From contig CM120649.1 of NCBI GenBank assembly GCA_051362555.1, positions 3,596,001 through 3,660,000 of the forward strand: 64,000 bases of DNA. The letters are read 5' to 3'. Source of the DNA: Lingula anatina (taxonomy: Eukaryota; Animalia; Brachiopoda). Below the pieces are notes generated by a model. That model searched no databases. It was not told the DNA's origin and worked only from the letters and a program-made list of their open reading frames with translations. The position numbers and the translations under genes were made by a program. The number at the start of each line of letters is the position of its first letter. Within the stretch, counting starts at the first letter, position 1. This document shows, piece by piece, positions 12,506 to 25,320 of this stretch.

Positions 12506-14029
12506 TGGATGAAGATTATTAGGAACAAAAGCTGGGGACACTATCACCACAAGTAAAAGCAATTGGCAGCTGTAATTAAAAACCAGTTGAGATATAAGAT
12601 CACACAGATATATGTATACAGTGTGCGTGTGTGTATGTGTGTGGGTGTGTGTGTGTGTGCGTGTGTGTAATTAAAACTATGCGGAAGATTATAATTATTG
12701 CCATGGACTTACCTAAACAGCTTCAAATACAAGCAGCTGCACATGGCACTTCTGTCTCAATCTATACTGGTGCTACTTCAGAAACAAGCCAATCACACTG
12801 ATAATTAACTAAAAATTTGACAAAAGCACAAAGGAAATTTTCAATTTCTTCCACAAAATTAAGGATGAATTCAGTCCGACTGTCTCACTTGTTGTCCTGC
12901 AATGAGTACAATGTCATCTTTATGGGTAACAAGAATGTCACCTCAAAGTGCCCTTGAGACTTGCAAATGTAATGAATAATAACATTCATGAACCACATCT
13001 TCACACTAAGGTTAATTCTTAGGATTGGCATACAGATTTTTTTTTTTTTTTTTTTTTTGTGATTTTGGAATTTCCAATGTGTGAATTTGACAAAAATAAC
13101 CTTTTTTGTGCATCATTATTTTCTGCTTTTTGCCTGTACATTTGACAGCTTTAATGCCTTGTTTAATGGTCCAATGCAAAATTTACTGGTCAGATACTAA
13201 GACTTGTGGATACCATCCCTGAGTGCAATGAATAATTAACAACATACTTCATACCAGACCAAACAACATCTGACACAAAATACTGTAACAACTTTATTCT
13301 ATCCACATACTGGCAGTATTCTTAATGGGTTCACATAATTAACACACTTATCAGGTCAAATAGGACCTTAAAAAAGAAAAAAAAAAAGAAGAAAAAAAAA
13401 TTGCATAAGGGGGGCAAAAATGCACCACCCAATTATCAGATGAAATAAATCCAGATTTCAGGATAAAACCAGATTACCCGACTCTCTCTAAACATGCATA
13501 TTACAAAAAACAATGCCTCTTGGCAACAGCAGTTGCTGCAGTAACAGTTAGTAGAATGTCAATTTTTAAACAAAGACGTGGATAACACACTGAATTGCTA
13601 TGCAAAACATCACAGCTAGGATGATGAAAACGAAACAAATTGTAAATCTAAATGAGATTAACTAATTATAAAAATAAAATGAGAATAAAACAGCCACTGT
13701 AAAATAGACAATTTCTCACCATAAACCAAAACTGGCATATACCAAAGTATTATTACATACATATATAGTTACTTAAGGGACAAGAAAAAATTTCATCCAG
13801 GCCATACCATGCAAATACTTTAAATGTTATGTTAAATCGTGCAAATTAAATACCTCTTGCGCTATTACATAATTTGATGTTTAGTGCAAAAAAATCATAT
13901 CATTTCTTAAATATTTACACCTCATTACTAAAATTGAAATACAATAATGCATATTTCTATGAGGTAAAGAAAAAATACTGAAAGAAAGGCAAATCACAGG
14001 CACATACATGTATTTTGACTACATTGAGA

Positions 14030-14189
14030 TAGGTGGCAGATTGAGGTTGTCTTCAGGGTCTTCCTGAAGACGGTCAGATTTTCAAGATTACATTGATGTG
14101 TGTGTGTGTGTGTGCGCGTCAAAAATTGAAGATGGATCAACAAAGATAATATAGAAGACTGTCAGAAAATATCTGTGGATCTGCCCCTG
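14030..14189 (+). mobile_element. ~160-bp MITE of the CAGGGGCGGAT-TIR family
   Basis: Homologous to 37045-37201 and 34360-34521 (inverted) and 46430-46565; shared core GGATCAACAAAGATAAT...GACTGTCAGAAAATATCT. Confidence 0.8.
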
Positions 14190-14857
14190 CTTATGGTAAT
14201 TAAATCATTCTACATTCTAGTACATACTAGGGTACAGTACACTGTATACTTAAAGTGTTTTCTATCTAAATCATATTTTAAACAAATCCTATGGAACAAA
14301 AAATATTTTTTTCTTCTAGTTCTAAATGAAAATTGTACATGTATGAAGATTGTCTCACTTGAAACTATATGCAAATATCCTGGCCTCATAGCATCCTGAG
14401 GTGTGTAGAGTCCTGAGACACAATGCAATTTGGTATTTAAAAAAAATTGTTTGAAGAATCTGTTTTTTAACATGCTAGTATAACTCTCTTTAATCAATGG
14501 AAGATCCAAAGCTTTGTCGGGGGCAAGGATAAATTGTAAATTCTAATTTACGTTGATTGCCTCGATTCTCTCAGCAAATATCAAGCAGCAGTCAAGGGCC
14601 ATTTAACCATAATACATATGTAAGTGACAGATATAAAATGTGCTTGGTTTTGTCCCCTCAGTAAATGTACTGTTTTGTGGTGAGGGGTCAGAGAGAAAAA
14701 AGATAAAGGACTGGCAAGAGCCTGCAGTGCCATCCCCTGCTTGGATCTACCATTGATTATTTGATGGTAAAGTTGATTGTCACTATCACAAGACAGCTGC
14801 CCTATCAGGAATACAATTTGGTTTTTATACATCATCGCATACAAAGTTCACAGAACA

Positions 14858-14966
14858 TGGAACACCACATGGCGGTATTGGAATGAAAAAAGCTTTTGAA
14901 GTCAACCAAAATCTTGACGCAATCATTTCACAATACTGGTATATGGTTTTGATCAATGCAAAACAA

Positions 14967-15001
<35 letters not shown>

Positions 15002-15095
15002 TGAACCACATGGTGGAATTGGAATGAAAAAAGCTTTTGAAGCCAAATTTTGTCACAATCATTTTGACATACTGGTATATGGTTTTGACCAATAG
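14858..15095 (+). repeat. Local direct duplication (~100 bp) separated by an (AAT)n tract
   Basis: ACCACATGG.GG.ATTGGAATGAAAAAAGCTTTTGAAG...ATACTGGTATATGGTTTTGA occurs at ~14863 and ~15005. Confidence 0.8.
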
Positions 15096-15432
15096 AAAAA
15101 AAAATTACACAAATCTTTCACCCACAGGATACCAATACCTTGTTAAGAGAATTGCAAGCAAACTTCTACAATACATATGGACTAATTAGCATAAGTCTAC
15201 TTTGTGAATTTAGCAGTCTAAGCTAAGCCCAACTTAAAGACAATGCATATCAGACTACTGTATAGAAAAAAATATAATTTTCCTGGAAATTTCAACAATT
15301 TTACCTTTAATGTAGGTTACATGTAGATTCTATTAATTAAATGTTGGATATGGTAAAAATTGCTATTGCAATTTTCAGGAAAATTAATATTTCACTAAAT
15401 GAAGATGTCCAAATGTCTCAAACTGTACATAT

Positions 15433-17467
15433 TTATGCTGCATCATCATCTGACTGAGGATTCATGACAACCTGGATACCATGTTTATAATCTTCTGGCA
15501 CTTTGAACATGGGTCCATGACCTGGGACAATGTAGTCAGCTATTTCTAACACGTCGATGCGACTCTGCTCCTGAAGCCTGGGGTTTTCACTGCCTTCCTG
15601 CCATAAAACGGGATTGTCTAAATCTTCTGCTTTCTCAAACAGATCACCTATAGTAAAAAAAAATTATTCAAAAAATAATATTATTTATTTTTTTGCGTCA
15701 GCAAAATGCTACTACAGGCTGAGATGGAAAAATGTGATCCGTTTTCAGACCCATAGCCAGGGGGGGTTCGGGGGGTTCGAAAGAACCGCCCTTTTTGCTG
15801 GGAAAAGGTCCACTCTGGGTAAAATTAGATCTATTTACTTGAGGATTTTATGGTAAAAGGTCCACTTTTTCAGAAAACACCCCCCCCTCTGAAATTGCTG
15901 GCAACGGGCCTGGTTTTAGCGTTCCATTTATTTGCAGTAAGCAATCCCCTTGACCACTGGGCACTAACAGTACCTGCAATGACCACCGTCCCCTGGTCAG
16001 TTCCTCTGACCACCACACTGACATCTATTCCAGTATGACCTGGTGTTGAAATAACTTCCACATGATTGTCATCTATCTCGTAGGGAATTCCCTGGAATGA
16101 TGAAATTTTAAATAAAAATACTTATTAATAGTTATTGTAATTTTCTCTCTTATTTCAAAATGTAAAAACTGAAAAAACTTAGCAGGTGTCACAGTATAGT
16201 GTCATATTGCTTAGGCCATCAAAAATTGTTTGCAAAAGAGCCATAGGTGTTCAGACAAGGTATATACTTAGCAAAACTGTTGACAGAATTAAAATTCTTC
16301 ATCTTTACCACACTCAGACTGTAGTGAAATATACCAAACTCCAAACTGATTTCAAACATAGAGTGACTCAAAAACTAGAAATTAAATTAGATATCAAAAA
16401 TTGATCTATGGATGTTGATTTGGTGAACGGATTTGGAGATGGTAATTGCTGGAAAAGTGTTAAAATTTCCAGGAAAACTTCAGGTTGCCATATACAGTTC
16501 TAGTGTTCAATGTGCGCCTTAAAAAATTTTGTTGGAATTATTTAGCAATTGCAATACCCTCTTAAAGTCATGTAAGGTGTAAGCATCTTCTTTGTTGATC
16601 TCTGTTCCTATAATATGAGTGGCTTTAGTGAACAGATTCAGGTTGCCGACGTGGTCCCCATGTCCATGGGTTGCAACAAGGTAGTCTATGTCTGAGGGGG
16701 TCAAACAATGTTGCTGTAAGGCTGTGGATGAAAATAGATAAATAAATGTTACGAATTAATTAAAAGAAATACATTCCAAAAAAATAATTAAATATTGATA
16801 AAATAAATGCATAACACATTTAAGTGACTTCTTTAACACTAAAATATATCTCCTATTACAGTTGGCCTTCAAAATTTTCAAAAATGAAATTAAAGACATT
16901 AAATGTTATTCGATACAAAATAAATAAAGTAATTGTCAAGTATACTGTAACAAATTTCCCCCCATTTCAGCTTGCCCTGTAAATTGTTGCAAGAAGAAGA
17001 AAATGACCCCTAATGTTTTATAGAGATATTGCTTGCTGCATGGAAGTTATAAATAAGCCTGAAATTAGCCAGGGAGATATTATTCAAACAGTAGATTTGA
17101 AGAGGGAAAGGGGGGTTAATTAATATTCCATACAAACCATTCAGTACGAATTCCTTGTCCCAGGCATTACCAGGGTCTACTATCACATTATGTGGACCTT
17201 TTACTAGAGTGATGGAACAGTCTGCCTTGTATAGGCCTGAGGAATGAATTAATATATATATATTTATAATTATAATAAAATAATGTTGTTGCTATTTATT
17301 AATTTAGAAAACTGCAAATAGGTTGTAGTTTTACGTGTGTGTTATAAAAAAGAGAATAAATGCATAAACATTAAGAACATCAAATGAAGGTAATAGTTTG
17401 TATTTAAATAATTTTACAATAGCTAAAGACGAAACCACCATTACATTAAAAATAAATAAATAAATTA

Positions 17468-17541
<74 letters not shown>

Positions 17542-17731
17542 CAGTGAGAGTAAAAAAAATGCAATTGAAAATCAAACAAGAGCCGTTTGCCATACTTTCT
17601 TGAACAGTTTTAGTCTGTTAAGGCGCAGTGTAAAATGACACAATATTGTTGAAATTACCTGTGGTGTTATCTTGATAAGAGTATCCATCTTTGAGCACTA
17701 TAACCCTGTACTTGGGTGGCATCCCCTCCAT
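15433..17731 (-). CDS. MBLAC1: Metallo-beta-lactamase domain-containing protein 1-like, copy B (222 aa)
   Basis: Coding exons 17731-17659, 17236-17138, 16721-16558, 16091-15974, 15647-15433 (73+99+164+118+215 = 669 nt), GT-AG and phase-consistent. MEGMPPKYRVIVLKDGYS...HGHGDH...TPGHT...GDLFE...VPGHG...DDDAA*. Likely 5' UTR donor at 17892. Confidence 0.92.
15746..15912 (+). mobile_element. MITE with 5-bp TSD in the last intron of MBLAC1 copy B
   Basis: TIRs CAGACCCATAGCCAG / CTGGCAACGGGCCTG; GTTTT duplicated on both sides; absent from the equivalent intron of copy A; diverged relative at 33134-33330. Confidence 0.8.
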
Positions 17732-17949
17732 TGGTAACTTTGGTGGACCGAAAGCTGGAAACACAAGCAAAATTAAGTGGAAAAATAATGAATGTTGCAG
17801 CTGTTATTCTGTGACCACTTTGGAATATGATATAGCTAGGCAAAATTAATCCAAAACAAACTGACACACAAACTGAAAGTCGGGGTACTTACGTCCAAGT
17901 ATGAAAATGAAACAAGTTTTTCTGACTGGTCTTTATTTTCATAATGAAA

Positions 17950-18620
17950 GCTTTGGTAAACATTACAATCAAGCACCATGTCCCTGTTGTAATCAATAAA
18001 AAGAAACACGTTGTGCATACTTGAAGTCGTCATTAAAAATAAATTATTCGGCTAAAACAGAATTCTTAAAACTAGCCATGCAAAATTGAAACTGGCATCG
18101 TCAATACGTCATCACTCATCGTCTGCACAAGATTTTTTTTAAATTTCAAAGCAATGTAAACGAGCCACAGAAAAGTTGTAGGTGTAGATATCCCATTCAA
18201 AAAACATACCTTTCTACGTCCAGAACTGCTGTCAATCTGACAATGACACTTCTACGATCTTTTGCGGTTTAGCTAAGTAATTTCCAGAATGTGATGGAAT
18301 GTTCAGGACGAAGCGAGAACATTTGTTTCATTAAGGTTCATTTCGGGTCTCTTAACTCAAAAGACAAAACAACCAAAATGCAGCTGAACCACATCTTTAT
18401 CGTGTGTCATGTAACAGGCAAGAAATAAAAATGCTCATTTACAATATAAGTCATGGTGTTAAGTAAATATACAAGGAAATAAATAATGCAAAATAACTTT
18501 TTAGCATAGTTATGCCACTACTTATGCAGCTTATCTTGAAAAGATTCGCGCAAAACCACGCGAGAAGTGAGGACCGCCATATTACATTTTTGTTTTGGAT
18601 GGAAACCGAGCACTTTGCAG
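17950..18620. promoter_or_regulatory. Putative bidirectional promoter between MBLAC1 copy B (-) and ZBBX (+)
   Basis: Locally CpG-richer; divergent first donors at 17892 (-, GTAAGT) and 18621 (+, GTAAGA); YY1-like CCGCCATATT at ~18573. Confidence 0.5.
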
Positions 18621-19514
18621 GTAAGAAAAAGAGATAATTACACTTAAAAACGTAATTAAAGCGTATTTGTGAAATAAGGCTAATTTTAGTGTAGGCTGCT
18701 ATGCATATAGATCTGGTGACTATCGATGAACGCTATTAATGTCAATGTTATTGTAACATTTTGACAAACACCGACACACCGACTCATAATTAATTTTAAT
18801 TAAAAAAGAAAAAAACTGAAACAGAGTCAGTGGGCATGGCTAGTTATATTTTTCCCATCATAGTTTGCATAATTCTACTTCAGGACTGGCATCCAGTTGT
18901 AAGTAACTATATTCAACTAGACCGTATCATTCTTCAATACTCCTATTTACACATTCTGACATGTACATGTAAGATCATTGTGCTAACGCATGGTGTTACT
19001 TGTACTAGCAGTTGAAAAAAATTCATAATTGTAAAATGAGGGCTATTGTACACATCCCCTCTAATGCTGGGGCTTTCAAATCTTTTGTTTACCTCTCACC
19101 TTCTCATGTCGCACATTGCTGAAAATTCAACCAGTCTTGCCATTGGCAGCAGTTTGAATAATACAGAAGGCAAGGTCAGTTCAACATCTAGTTATGCTGC
19201 CATGAAACAGACTACTGAATGCAAAAAGTATGTCAGGGTTTGTTGTTACCTGGAGGCAAATTTCTTGAACAAGTAACAGGTTAAAAATCTGATTGCTTAA
19301 CCTACTTCAACATTCAGAAGTCCATTAATGATGATCTTCAACAGGTTTATGTTTTAAGGGTGGTATAATTGGTAGTCCAGTTGACACATGACACAATGAT
19401 GTATATTGTCAGCTTTTCAGTGCATTGAGTTTTTTATGCAGGTTACTCACAAATAAAATTATCTGAGTAATATTGTGGGGAAGTAGTGTTGTGAGGATGT
19501 AAAGGGTTGTAACT

Positions 19515-21165
19515 AAAGGCCACATTTCTGTAATAGGGTCAAAACACGGTATTTGAAATGTCTCTGACGGGACATTTTAGAGACAATTTTAAAAATTACA
19601 GTTGGTAAACGATCCACATGGTTTCTTTTAAATACATTTTTATTTAGCTGGACCATAAAGGATTATGTAAAACAAGCAGCTAATTTGTATTGAAATTAAT
19701 GTGGGAATGACAATCACTTAAAGGTCGGTCTTTGACGGGACATTTTTGACCCCTGTATTTTTTTACCAAAACTCCAATGCAAAATTCTCTTTGAAATTTC
19801 ATTTAATCAAGACTTTTGTGATTCATATTGCAAGATAAAAGTCTTGGGAAGCAATTAATGCACAAACAGGCCAGTTTTGTTTACTTTCCTTGGCAGCATG
19901 GGCTGTTGAGTGTAAAAAGTCACTGTCTCTGACGGGACGTCTCTGACGGGACACTTTTGGGCACTATTGAAAAATCTTAGAAAAGAGGTTTAAAAAGCCA
20001 CATTTTTGTATCTAATGAATCTTACTTGATGGTTATTGCAAAAAAGCATTTCTGTACATTAGAAAAATCACCAGATGCAATATGTTTAGAATATAAATTA
20101 ATTATCATGATCGACACAGCGATAAGGCACAGTATAATTTTCACGTAATCCACTGTCCATTACTGAAGTTCATGATGACATAATTCAATATCAATCAACA
20201 TTTTCCATGATAGTTCACATAATAAATCCTGTTTTTCAATTAGTCTTAGAACATATATCTTTTCTGCACTTTAGAGATTTTTTCAACCAGTCACATTAAC
20301 AGGTGATGGAAACAAGTTAAGTCCAGGAGTGTCTATGCTAGGCATTGGAAGGACTTCATTAGCATCTTTTATGGGAATCCATGCTTTGTTTTCTGTGGCA
20401 GGGTACACAAAGTTTCTTTTACCAGAACCTTCAGTACGTATGTAACAAAATGACTTCCACTTCGCCATCTTCAGTGTCATGGGTGACCTAACCTAAGAAT
20501 TGTTTTACTCCTTTCCTGGCAGCAAACTCCGCAATGACAAAATCTCCCTGGTGAGACTGAGCTGTGCCTTGACCGACATTGTCATAGTGCGGATGTGCAG
20601 GCAAATCAAAGTCCCCAGTCATATGAATAAGTTTAGCATATTGGTTGACACAAGAACATATCCACGGGGCTGGGGCTGGGGCTGAAGCTGTTGGAAGTGT
20701 TGAATTCGGATTCCTGGAACAGATGGACAGTTTTCCCTGTGACTGCTGATGGGTGCGGTAGCTGCTACAATATCTGCTTCAGACAGGTACATTATGTTGA
20801 CATTGGAGCATAATTCTTTGCCAGCCAAATAGAATTGACAAGGTGTATCTACAACCATTTTTCTCTGGAGCACTGCTCTCCAAACCTGATGTTTCATTTC
20901 CCCTACGATCCCATCCACTGGTTCTTTGCCATGGGCAGTGGTATAAAAAGTACCACTGAGTTTCCATACCAAAATCTCTTTCATGATAGTACCATGTTTA
21001 GACAGTAAAAACCAACTTTTGAATTGACTGGGGGCTCGGCTTCGACTGACCAGCAATGGGCTTTGCTGAATGATTGCTGGTGTTGGAGGTCTTCGAGAAT
21101 GGCCTTATTACAAGTGAAGACAGACTGTTTGTTATGGTGCAGATAATCAGATACCATTTATTTAA
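19515..21165 (-). mobile_element. Decayed Sola2-like DNA transposon (C-terminal transposase part plus one end)
   Basis: Frameshifted peptides VSDYLHHNKQSVF, APSQFKS, FYTTAHGKEPVDGIVGEMK resemble the SDG..SQFKN / HGKG..DG.GG..K signature as I recall it for Sola2 DDD transposases; subterminal repeats GTCTCTGACGGGAC at ~19560, 19727, 19925, 19938. Confidence 0.75.
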
Positions 21166-21437
21166 AAGAAAAAAAAGTTGAAATTATCGTTGATCCTGGC
21201 TGTTCCTTTTTGCATAATTTAGTGTATGTAGAGGATTCTGTTCTATGACATAATTGTAAAGTGTATACTATGGACCCCCCCCCCCCTCCCCCTCAGGCTA
21301 CAAGGGATCAGTCTGTCTGCAAGGCTGTCTCAACAGTTTTTGAAGATGGATAACACAATGTCCTGAAAAAGTTGCAAGGTAAGATATCTCTTTGTCAGTT
21401 ATGTACAGTAGATTAATTTTTTTTCTTAATTTTCAGA

Positions 21438-23786
21438 ATGTCGGGCTTCAACATAACAGGTAGAAAGGAAGATGTCTCTATGAAGTTGAAAGCTCAGTAA
21501 GTGATTTTTTTTAAATCAACTGATTACTAGTACACTCAGATTTATAATAAGAAACAGTGTATGAAATTCAAGGAAATTACTAGCCAGACCGCCGGGCAGG
21601 TAACTCTGAAAAGTTACCAGCCCGGCCATGTAGTTACCTGCCCTAGTTATAATAACCCCTAGAGTTAAGAGAGGTATGCTGAGGGGGTATAGAATGCATT
21701 CTTGGGAGAGTAATTTGGAAATGAAAGGGCAATATCATGCCTTATGCATGGAAATTTAGAAATTGGTTGGATTTTCTACCGAATGATACCTTGTCAGTGT
21801 TGGATTTAGAGGGGGTCAGGGGGGTGCTGACGCCCCCCTTTTAATTTCTGCAAAAAAAAAAACTCACCTCTTGAAATAAGACTTTCACTAGTTGAATCAT
21901 AGTTCTAAACCATACCAAATGGCACCATTCACCATCTAAAATACCAAAAATTTTCAGGGCCCTTTAGCGGGCGGGGGAGGGCGGGGGGGGGGGGGGGGGT
22001 AGTCAATTCAGTTTATGTTCACCTTGCAGGCTGTCTCATCTCTTCTTCAATAATTCATTTATAACTATTATTCCGATTTCATGATATCATTTGATCATAA
22101 TTTTTGCTTTTCTGTGTAGCAACAAGTATGACCAAATATATATATATTGTTGTCAAATAAATCGATCTCTGTGCTGACAATAAAGAAGAAGGAATTCAGC
22201 ATGAGTGTCCCTTTGAATATCGATTTTAAGCTTCAAAAAGCGGTCGGGAACGGTCCTGCAGGGGTGCCGTAGCGATAGTCCGAAGGTTCAATAGTCCGAA
22301 GGTTCATTGGTCCGAATGTTCACTATAGAACATTCGGACCAATGAACCCTTGATTAAAAAATCGATAAAAATGTTACTGCTTTTCGGACCAATGAACCTT
22401 CGGACTATCGAGACGCCCCCCTGCACGCTAATCGCCCATAGACAGTCCTGAAGGCCCCGTATCTCGAAAGCATTGCTTATTGAGAATAGCTATATATATA
22501 TATCACATAGAGGCTACAATATATTATATGGGGCGAGTATGGGCGAGTTATTGGATCGAGATGCTTGCGCTCGGTCGCAATGCGTGATACTTTCGAGTTA
22601 GGCCTACGGTTTTACAAAAAATGTTGCCGCTCGACTATTTGCAAATTGAAGTCACCTTAATTTCCATGGGTCCCAATTTGTTCTGGTTCTGTCGTAATCT
22701 TTGTTATTTTTATTTCTTTCCTCAATTGTTTTTCTTTTGTGAACTTCTCTATCGGACTTGATAGAATTTTTTTCATTTTTGACAGCCCAGGATGAAAGCA
22801 CGTGGGAAAAGAACTATATCTGACGCACGGTGTAAACTCGCACGTTCACTCATAATTTTTGGATTCAAATTTTTGTAAAATTCTCCTTTAATTTGCCTCC
22901 GTTGCCTTTATTACTGTTGATTATAAGCACTTCATGTACCTATAAGTCTATTTAATCAATATCGTAACTTTTTATACTTTCACATTTTTATTACTCTCAA
23001 CCTACAAATTGCTACTCGCGGTATCTCCTCTACACAAAACAATGACGTAACGTTATCTGCTGTGCACTGAAGCTGGTTAAGAACAATGTGCCTCGTTTCA
23101 AATTGTCTTTCAACTTCATATCACACAGACGGAACTTCGAGAACGAGGCCACTGAGAGGGAGACTGTTGGTTACATTTCGATACGAGCGTTCGATTGCAA
23201 GCTATGGTTAGTTCTTTGCTTCTGTGAAAGTGGGTGAAAACAGTGAGTTTATTTTGCTGAAATCGCTTGTGAACATAGACAAAATAAAAGGTGAAAATAG
23301 GCTGTAAATTAGCCAGCCCGTTGGGCGGGTAATTTGCAAATCTTACCCGCCCGGCCTGAAAGTTACCAGCCTCGGGCTGGCGGGCAGGCGGCCATTTCAT
23401 ACACTGTAAGAAATGAAAATTTATGAGTTTTATTCCACCCCCCCCTTTCTACCTGTGTTCATGGTAAAAAAAAAAGTCATCATGATTGTGGAAGAGAAAA
23501 GATATTTTAGTGTATTAATGTATTGTAAGTTTTATTCATGGTTATATTTACAATAGGAAGTTTGTTTTGTAAGTAGATGTTTTAATATAACTGATATGTA
23601 TTTCTATATTTTTACTGAAGCACTGCACATCAGTATTATATGCACAATATATTTCCCCTAAGAGCACCACCTGTAAAATTTTCTTCTCATATGGTGGTTA
23701 ACGTTTGCATGCCCTTTTTTCCTTTTATGGTGTTGTTATATGTGAAACAAAAAGGTCATACACTTGCTGTATTTAGGTGTAGTTGC

Positions 23787-23857
<71 letters not shown>

Positions 23858-25231
23858 GAGAGAGAGGAATTGCTAATTTTAACAACATTCACAAAAAATA
23901 ATAAAAATGAGAAATAAACATAAGTAATAAAAAGATAAAAAAATGAACAAAGTGACAAATTAAATAAAATACACCTCCCCTTGCAAATTACAATAAGCTG
24001 CATGTCATTGCTATCCTTAGCCAAATTTTAGACTTTTTGCAAATTTTCCACCAACTTAAGGCTCTCAAGATTGCAAATTTGCGGCAACTACTTATTCTTG
24101 CAGCAAACATTTTTTTTCAAACTTTTCATTTTGCCGATGGATTGCTTCCTGTAGGTAGTTTGCCACTTTCAGACTGCATGCTAGATCTAGACAGACCCAA
24201 GTTTACTGGAAACACAACCAGAAGCTGAAATAGAAATACTTGTTGTATTTTTAAATGCATGGTGCACTCTTCATCACAGATTGTCCAACAGAAAAAAAAA
24301 AAAAAAAAAAAAAAAAACTTGGCCTTCATGATGCATGTTGCATGTTTCTTTAAGATCACTTTTAAATGATGGCAGTTATGTATTGATATTGGTACCACTA
24401 TTATAAGAGGAACCCCTGTTATAAATGGTACCTTAACTATTAAATTGGTGCCATTATTGGTCTTTGTACTATTATCTGTATTATTATCATTATTGGTATC
24501 AATACTATCATTAGTACCTTTATGGGAAATGGTATAACATTGGTATCATTATCTGTATTGGTACAATTATTGGTATATAATTGATATCATACTTAGTCTA
24601 GTCTTTAAAAATCATGATGTATTGCATGCTCTTTGACAATGGTGTTTATATTTACTATATTAGTACTGAAACAACTTTATCACTCAAGATATTGTTATTG
24701 GATATGATAATTTGTATAACTGTATATGATAGTGTATCTGGAAATGGTTGATATTACTGTTGATTTAAACTTTTGAAGTAGGCTTTATAAAATCAAACAT
24801 TTTAGCAACTTTAACTGAAGATAGTTATACCTTTTAAGAAATGTTTGAAAACCCCTTTTCTGTTTTGGGTTCTGGAATGAAAGGAGAATAAATGATGTTA
24901 GTTTGGATTCTTATGTTGGATTAGTTTAATTTTTGAAACTGAAATGTGTTTTGCAGGAATCTGAAGAATGTCCAGAAACAGACCAAACAGTTGGAGGTGG
25001 AGAGCAGAAAGATGGAGGAGAGGCTCCGGGAACTAAAGTTGGCCATGAATAGAGAGAAAGAGGAGAGAGAGTAAGTACTTATATGTGATTTTCCAATATT
25101 ATATATATCATTAAATATAATAAATTACAGCATGTCATTCAGTTTCTTCCATTCTATAAATCATCTGCAATTGTGTACAATCATTCTCTCTCCCTCTCCC
25201 TTTTCTCTCTCTCTCTCTCTTTCTCCCTCTC

Positions 25232-25320
<89 letters not shown>

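Noticed and set aside
17836-18033. ORF as an N-terminal extension of MBLAC1 copy B
   Set aside because: Splicing at the 17892 donor puts it out of frame with the ATG at 17731; more likely UTR or uORF
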